Below are positions 14,384 through 19,041 of a stretch of DNA of 19,041 nt, one piece after another. The DNA is taken from contig JBIKWF010000088.1 of assembly GCA_044356455.1 (NCBI GenBank), positions 1 to 19,041 on the forward strand, in the 5' to 3' direction. The notes under the pieces were generated by a model that worked only from the letters and a program-made list of their open reading frames with translations, was not told the origin of the DNA and did not search any database. This stretch comes from Bdellovibrionota bacterium. Its GTDB lineage: Bacteria; Bdellovibrionota_C; UBA2361; JBGSMV01. Within the stretch, counting starts at the first letter, position 1. Every line of letters begins with the position of its first letter. The translations under genes and the position numbers were made by a program.

Positions 14384-15973
14384 TTAGTTATAGGACTCCT
14401 CAAGCGTAGAAGGCTCAGCTGCACCTTCTTCGTGTCCATTCTGGTTTGGCTCGCCCTCAAGCGCGCCCTCAGAAGAATCGGGAGGACCTTCATGCGTTGT
14501 CGTAAGAGTTACTGCCTTGGTGACAAATAGTTTCTTGCCGCCAATTTCCTTGTCCTTGAGCGACTCAAGGATCTTAACGCCCGCTTCTTCGGTTACGTCA
14601 GCAAATGAGTAGGCTTCGCGCTGCGAGAACCTTTTCAGCTGATCCGCCGAGAGGCCGCATTGTTCGCTGAGGATTTGCGAGAACTGAGCCTCGGTAAATC
14701 CGTCGCGAGCGCCGCGTCCGATATAAAGCCGCTCTTCCTTGATGCGGATCAGGTTACGCTGGGGGCGGTCATCTCGGGACCCGCGGTCACGAGAATCTCT
14801 ATCTCGGCCTCCCCGATCAGACCTGTCGCCACGGTCATTGCGGTAGCCGCCGCGATCGCCGCCACGCCCTTGGCGAGGTCCACGATCGTACGAGCCGCCT
14901 TCACCGCCCTCATCATAACCGCGTCCGCCGTTATCGCTTGGCTGCCTATCGTCATCGAAGTTTTCTTCGCCGCCAGCGGGTGCATCTTCAAATCTACGCT
15001 CTCCGCCGCGGAATCCGCCACGAGAGTCGCCGCCGCGAGAATCATAGCCGCCGCGACGTCCGCCGCCACCGCGATTATCGCCACCACGGCTATCACGGTC
15101 GCGACCACCACGACCACGTCCATAGCCGCCACCTCCGCGATCGCCATTACCGCGATCATCGTCTCCGCCGCCCTGACGATAGGCGCCGGGTTGTACGCTG
15201 TCGTCTTGGACCCATGAATCGCGCTCAGCTACTGCCTTTTCCAGGTCAGCGCTCAATTGAGGCATGACCTCAAGAACATTCTGCAGGAGGAAGGAGACAA
15301 TTGCGTCCTTTTGCGGATGGCTAAGCACCATGGCCGCCATGGCCTTGAGGTTCTCTTCTCCGCCAGATTGCGACCGCGCGGCCTTACCAGCAAGGTTCTC
15401 GATGCGAGCTGAAAAAACTTGTTCCTTGCTTGGGGGCTCAAGCTTCGTGAACTCGACATTTGCGGCCTTCTTTAAGAAGTGAAAATTGCCGATATCGAGT
15501 GGTCCAACCATGCTTACCACTTTCTTTGCCGGCTGGCGGACAGGTCTTTCTCCCTCGCCACCAGAAGTTTCGGCAGTCGCGCCGGTGGGGATTCCGCAGC
15601 GCTGTAGGTACAGGTCGCCGTCACTTTGGATTGAGTAGTTCACGACAAGATCGAATTCGCCGAGATTGAGATTGCGGGCCGCAATGTCGGTAACAACAAC
15701 GGCGCAGACCTCTTTGCTTCGTACTTGCTGGAGGGTTCTCTCAAGTTTTTGGGGAGGAACATATCCAATCAATTTATTGGCACTGATACCACGCTTCTTA
15801 AGGAGCACTTCGAGTAAGTCGGTGTCCGAAGGGGTGTTGCAAAATACAATAGAGGTAGGGAAGCCAAGCTGCTCAAGGAGGTCGCTAAGGCTGCTGGGCT
15901 TAGAAAGAAGATCTCCACCCACCTCAACGAAACAATGCTGAGTTGAGTTGTGTTCTGATACGGCACTAGTCAT
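14384..15973 (-). CDS. DEAD-box-helicase-derived protein: helicase C-terminal domain + RGG-rich region + DbpA-type RNA-binding domain, with no N-terminal ATPase domain
   Basis: Motif IV IVFCNT, motif V TDIAARNLNL, VVNY and degenerate motif VI YLQRCG; C-terminal RLYIGRGARDG...YSFADV resembles the DbpA/DeaD RBD. Confidence 0.82.
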   Translation of the reverse strand: MTSAVSEHNSTQHCFVEVGGDLLSKPSSLSDLLEQLGFPTSIVFCNTPSDTDLLEVLLKKRGISANKLIGYVPPQKLERTLQQVRSKEVCAVVVTDIAARNLNLGEFDLVVNYSIQSDGDLYLQRCGIPTGATAETSGGEGERPVRQPAKKVVSMVGPLDIGNFHFLKKAANVEFTKLEPPSKEQVFSARIENLAGKAARSQSGGEENLKAMAAMVLSHPQKDAIVSFLLQNVLEVMPQLSADLEKAVAERDSWVQDDSVQPGAYRQGGGDDDRGNGDRGGGGYGRGRGGRDRDSRGGDNRGGGGRRGGYDSRGGDSRGGFRGGERRFEDAPAGGEENFDDDRQPSDNGGRGYDEGGEGGSYDRGPRQGRGGDRGGYRNDRGDRSDRGGRDRDSRDRGSRDDRPQRNLIRIKEERLYIGRGARDGFTEAQFSQILSEQCGLSADQLKRFSQREAYSFADVTEEAGVKILESLKDKEIGGKKLFVTKAVTLTTTHEGPPDSSEGALEGEPNQNGHEEGAAEPSTLEESYN

Positions 15974-16004
15974 GATTATACGTCCTTATTTCATACGGTC
16001 ATTT

Positions 16005-17672
16005 ATGGTGAGAGTTCTAGAACTAACCTACGCTAGCTCGCAGCGAACATCCGAACGGCTCTTCAACAATAGAGCGCCGACGATACTCGCTTCTCTTCGA
16101 ACTCTCTTTGGAGCTGTGAGCTTTAGTGTGCTGGTATCGGGATGCTCCCCCCAAGAAGTCTCGCCAATCGATGTGCGTCTCCACACAAACCTCACATCGC
16201 ATGCGGAGCCTACACAAAGTGAGGGAAACGCACAGATAAGCGGAAGTTTAGCTTTACAAGACGCATCGGATTGGAAGAATCCACGCATCCAAACCATGCC
16301 TTTTGAAGAGCCTTCTAAGGGGCATCCTACTAAGGGCAGTTTGGCGAGGAGGGGTGTTCCAGATACCCGCGCTACACAACTATCAAAAATTCAATCATCA
16401 AAAATTCAGGCGCCTCGCGGCAGCAGCAACTGGGAAGGGGAGCCCATCCCAAGTCACGCCTCCTTCGTCCGCGCTACTGTAGAAGAGAGAGAATCTTTCA
16501 AAATTCTCCTCGCCCACGGCGGCCAAGGATATCCTCGCGAAGATGGGTGGGATGCTAGGGTGATTAGCTCGGTAATACAAGGGGGGTCTGGACAAGTTGT
16601 TGATAGCAAAGACAAAAATCCACCTCGCGCCAATCCCGAGAGCGCTTTGCATGACTGGGTCGTGGGCAAGCTTGAGGAGAAGCCCATAAAGGCCTCACCT
16701 GGAGCCTTTCTCGCGGTGTCTTTGCTTTCGGCCGAGCAGGTCGTGGTGGGGGTGACGAGCACGGGTGCTATTTGTCTTTGGGACCCCAAGAGGGCGCGAC
16801 TCTTTTGGGCGGGGCAGCTCTCAGCTTCGGGTATGCAGGGAAAGAAGTCATCCAAGGACTCTGACCTTACCATAGATGCGGCTGCGGTCGAGCCAAACGC
16901 GGGCATGGTTGGCTTTTGGGCAGGAGGTATTCTACGCGTGGTTGAGCTTTCCTCCGGGGCTCTGATTCGTGAGCAGCGCCAGATCGAGACGCGTCTTACC
17001 TCGGTCTCCTTTCAGCCGCAGAGTAATGCCATTTTAGCGGCCGGAGCCGACGGAGTTGTTTATCGCTGGAAGTACCTTGAGCAGGATGGCGAAAAGAACC
17101 CAGAGCGCTATTTCGGGCCTTCTACAGTAGTAAGTGCACTTGCTGGTTACCCGGCAGGGCGCGTCTTTTTCTCTGGCGACTGGTCAGGGGGGCTTAGTGC
17201 GTGGCTTTCCTATGATTCTGATGTGTACCAGGGAAGCTACGACAAGAATGTTTTTAGGGGAGGGCTCTTCGCGGAGGGAGCTGCTCGAAAAAAAGCGCCG
17301 CGCTCAGACACGGTTTCGGTTACACGCATCTTGGTGACCCCTGATGGAAGTGCCGTGCTTGCCGTGCTTCAAGATGGCCGGATTGAATGGTGGATGACGC
17401 GTGGATTTCGAAAGATTGGGGAAGTGGCCGCCCACAAAGGTGAGATATATGCGGCAGCGTTAAGCCCCTCAGGGAACACTCTTGCGAGTGTAGGCAGGGA
17501 CGGAAAACTTAAGTTGTTTACCCTGCAATTTGTCGACGGATCTCCGCCAACAGCAACCTTCGCCCCGATCTCCCCGCAAGACTCAAAAGGGGCCCGGCAG
17601 CTTGTCTTCACGAGCGAGAAATCGCTCTTCGGGACAGCCGCGGATGGCGTATTGTTGTCGTTTAATTTCTAA
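16005..17672 (+). CDS. WD40/beta-propeller repeat protein, possibly a lipoprotein; start uncertain
   Basis: WD40-like units (ICLWD, AAGADGVVYRW, SGDWSGGLSAW, AHKGEIYAAALSPSGNTLASVGRDGKLKLF); lipobox-like VSGC after a hydrophobic stretch. The 15948 start would overlap the divergent gene. Confidence 0.78.
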   Translation: MVRVLELTYASSQRTSERLFNNRAPTILASLRTLFGAVSFSVLVSGCSPQEVSPIDVRLHTNLTSHAEPTQSEGNAQISGSLALQDASDWKNPRIQTMPFEEPSKGHPTKGSLARRGVPDTRATQLSKIQSSKIQAPRGSSNWEGEPIPSHASFVRATVEERESFKILLAHGGQGYPREDGWDARVISSVIQGGSGQVVDSKDKNPPRANPESALHDWVVGKLEEKPIKASPGAFLAVSLLSAEQVVVGVTSTGAICLWDPKRARLFWAGQLSASGMQGKKSSKDSDLTIDAAAVEPNAGMVGFWAGGILRVVELSSGALIREQRQIETRLTSVSFQPQSNAILAAGADGVVYRWKYLEQDGEKNPERYFGPSTVVSALAGYPAGRVFFSGDWSGGLSAWLSYDSDVYQGSYDKNVFRGGLFAEGAARKKAPRSDTVSVTRILVTPDGSAVLAVLQDGRIEWWMTRGFRKIGEVAAHKGEIYAAALSPSGNTLASVGRDGKLKLFTLQFVDGSPPTATFAPISPQDSKGARQLVFTSEKSLFGTAADGVLLSFNF

Positions 17673-17742
17673 TCAGGCAGCATAAGCCACGCTGCTCATT
17701 TTTCTATACGAGCCGGGAGAATTAGCTTTTTGAGGAAATGAT

Positions 17743-18393
17743 ATGATGAAGAAAAATCAAGAAATTGAGGCTGCGCTCGAGTGGCGCTATGCCACCAAGC
17801 GGTTTGACCCTGCGAAGAAGATCTCGGCTGAGGATTGGCACACGCTGGAGAAGTCGCTCATTCTCTCTCCCTCATCTTTTGGACTTCAGCCATGGAAGTT
17901 TATCGTGGTTCAGGATTCTGGTTTGCGCAAAAAGATTCGTGAGGCAGCTTGGAATCAGCCGCAGATTGAAGAGGCTTCTCACCTCGTAGTTTTAGCCTGC
18001 AAGAAGGCAATGGGGCAGCCGGAAGTTGATAAGTTGATTGGACGTATGTCAGAGGTACGTGGCGTAAAGGCCGAGACCCTCGCAGAGTACCGTGGAATGA
18101 TGCTGGGATTTCTTGCGCCGGGTACAGGCGCGATTTCTGATGTGAAGGCCTGGACCACTCACCAAACGTATTTGGCACTAGGCATGTTCCTTGCGACCGC
18201 TTCACACCTTGGAATAGACGCGTGCCCCATGGAGGGTTTTTTGGCGCCAAAAGTTGATGAGATTCTAGGTCTCGCCGGGGGAGAATACGCGTCGGTGGTA
18301 ATCGCTGCGGCGGGCTACCGGTCGTCGGATGACAAGCTCAGCCAGATGAAGAAAGTACGCTATGCACGGGAAGAGTTGGTAAGCGTGCGATAA
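17743..18393 (+). CDS. nitroreductase family NAD(P)H-dependent oxidoreductase (NfsB-like)
   Basis: WRYATKRFD, SPSSFGLQPWKF, WNQPQI, GIDACPMEGF, GYR and KVR motifs; GAGG ribosome-binding site upstream. Confidence 0.93.
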   Translation: MMKKNQEIEAALEWRYATKRFDPAKKISAEDWHTLEKSLILSPSSFGLQPWKFIVVQDSGLRKKIREAAWNQPQIEEASHLVVLACKKAMGQPEVDKLIGRMSEVRGVKAETLAEYRGMMLGFLAPGTGAISDVKAWTTHQTYLALGMFLATASHLGIDACPMEGFLAPKVDEILGLAGGEYASVVIAAAGYRSSDDKLSQMKKVRYAREELVSVR

Positions 18394-18404
18394 AATCTTT
18401 CGCC

Positions 18405-18468
18405 CCTTTGTGGTCTCAGTGGTCTTAGTGGTTGTTCTTTTATCTGCGAAAACCACCGCGACCATGAG
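18405..18468. repeat. degenerate 9-bp-period repeat with an inverted arm
   Basis: CTTTGTGGT-CTCAGTGGT-CTTAGTGGTT ... AACCACCGCG-ACCATGAG; same architecture as 14169-14234. Confidence 0.5.
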
Positions 18469-18476
18469 GGGGATTT

Positions 18477-18692
18477 TAGGGAACCTCTGAAAAACTCCCT
18501 CTCCGCGTACTCAGCGTCCTCCGCGTTATTTGAAAACTATTGAATAACGCGGAGCCGTCTACGCCTTACGGCTGCGCCGAGCCAGACTTCAGTGCGGCCG
18601 CGGCGCAGCTTTGGCGGAGCCGGGGACGCAGAGTACGCGGAGGGAGAACAGGACAAAAAAGTTCCTTTTCGAGGTTTTTCTGAGGCTCCTTG
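18477..18692. mobile_element. MITE-like element with CTCCGCG / CGCGGAG arms and a nested insert of about 70 bp
   Basis: Left end TAGGGAACCTCTGAAAAAC; right end reverse complement CAAGGAGCCTCAGAAAAACCTCGA, which is 21/23 identical to 14133-14155. Confidence 0.68.
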
Positions 18693-18738
18693 GGTTTATA
18701 TCGCCTCGGCTTTTTCAGTTTTTGAGAGGGAACTTTAC

Positions 18739-19041
18739 ATGCAAGATGCAGCGTCTCCCCAGGCCTCTGGCCCTTCAAGCTCCGAAAAGCATTCTGTCGG
18801 AGCGAAGCAGAAAGTTCCTTTGCTTGAGAAGGGGACCGTAAGGTGGCTCTTAGGCATCGTGGGATGTGTGGTGGTACTCGACCAACTCTCGAAGATTCTA
18901 ATACTCAACTCCTTTGCTTCCGGTGAGATTAGAGAGATTATCCCAGGCTTCTTTAATCTTACCTTGCACTACAACCCAGGCGTTGCCTTTGGGATGTTTG
19001 CCAACCTTGATGATGGTCCTCGGATTCTTGTCTTGACCTTT
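18739..19041 (+). CDS. lspA: lipoprotein signal peptidase II (5' part; runs off the window end)
   Basis: Manual translation from ATG 18739 (GAGAGGG upstream): ...VVLDQLSK...IIPGFFNLTLHYNPGVAFGMF...; DQxSK and NxGxAFG are LspA motifs. Not in the supplied ORF track. Confidence 0.92.
   Translation, partial: MQDAASPQASGPSSSEKHSVGAKQKVPLLEKGTVRWLLGIVGCVVVLDQLSKILILNSFASGEIREIIPGFFNLTLHYNPGVAFGMFANLDDGPRILVLTF

Noticed and set aside
14660..15267. Ala/Ile/Val-rich ORFs of 185, 136 and 109 aa
   Set aside because: Alternative-frame shadows of the RGG low-complexity region.
15948..16004. Upstream start for the WD40 gene
   Set aside because: It would overlap the start of the divergent helicase-like gene; ATG 16005 or later is more plausible.

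Overview
Bacterial chromosomal window with three parts. Left (1-4300): a GT87-like membrane glycosyltransferase, an sbtA/sbtB-like bicarbonate transporter pair and an orphan flagellin bracketed by CTAG-ended miniature elements. Middle (about 4300-9980): an accessory, defence-island-like block on the 3' side of a tRNA-Cys(GCA) gene. It holds a GNAT acetyltransferase plus a small ORF, a stand-alone protein with all the CD38/ADP-ribosyl-cyclase (NADase) active-site motifs, and an AbiE-type toxin-antitoxin pair whose toxin start is out of frame. Right (10400-19041): housekeeping-type genes (7Fe ferredoxin, dacB, LysM lytic transglycosylase, a truncated and degenerate DEAD-box helicase-like protein, WD40 protein, nitroreductase, start of lspA). 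The most striking signals are (i) the GNAT / ADP-ribosyl-cyclase-like module marked by a shared TGGAGC motif, (ii) a tRNA-Cys gene expanded at both ends by tandem units that each carry a direct copy and a 14-nt antisense copy of the adjacent tRNA end, and (iii) the AbiE antitoxin-TAG-toxin in-frame junction. Several MITE/REP-like elements are scattered between genes. All family calls come from motif recognition by eye; no searches were run.
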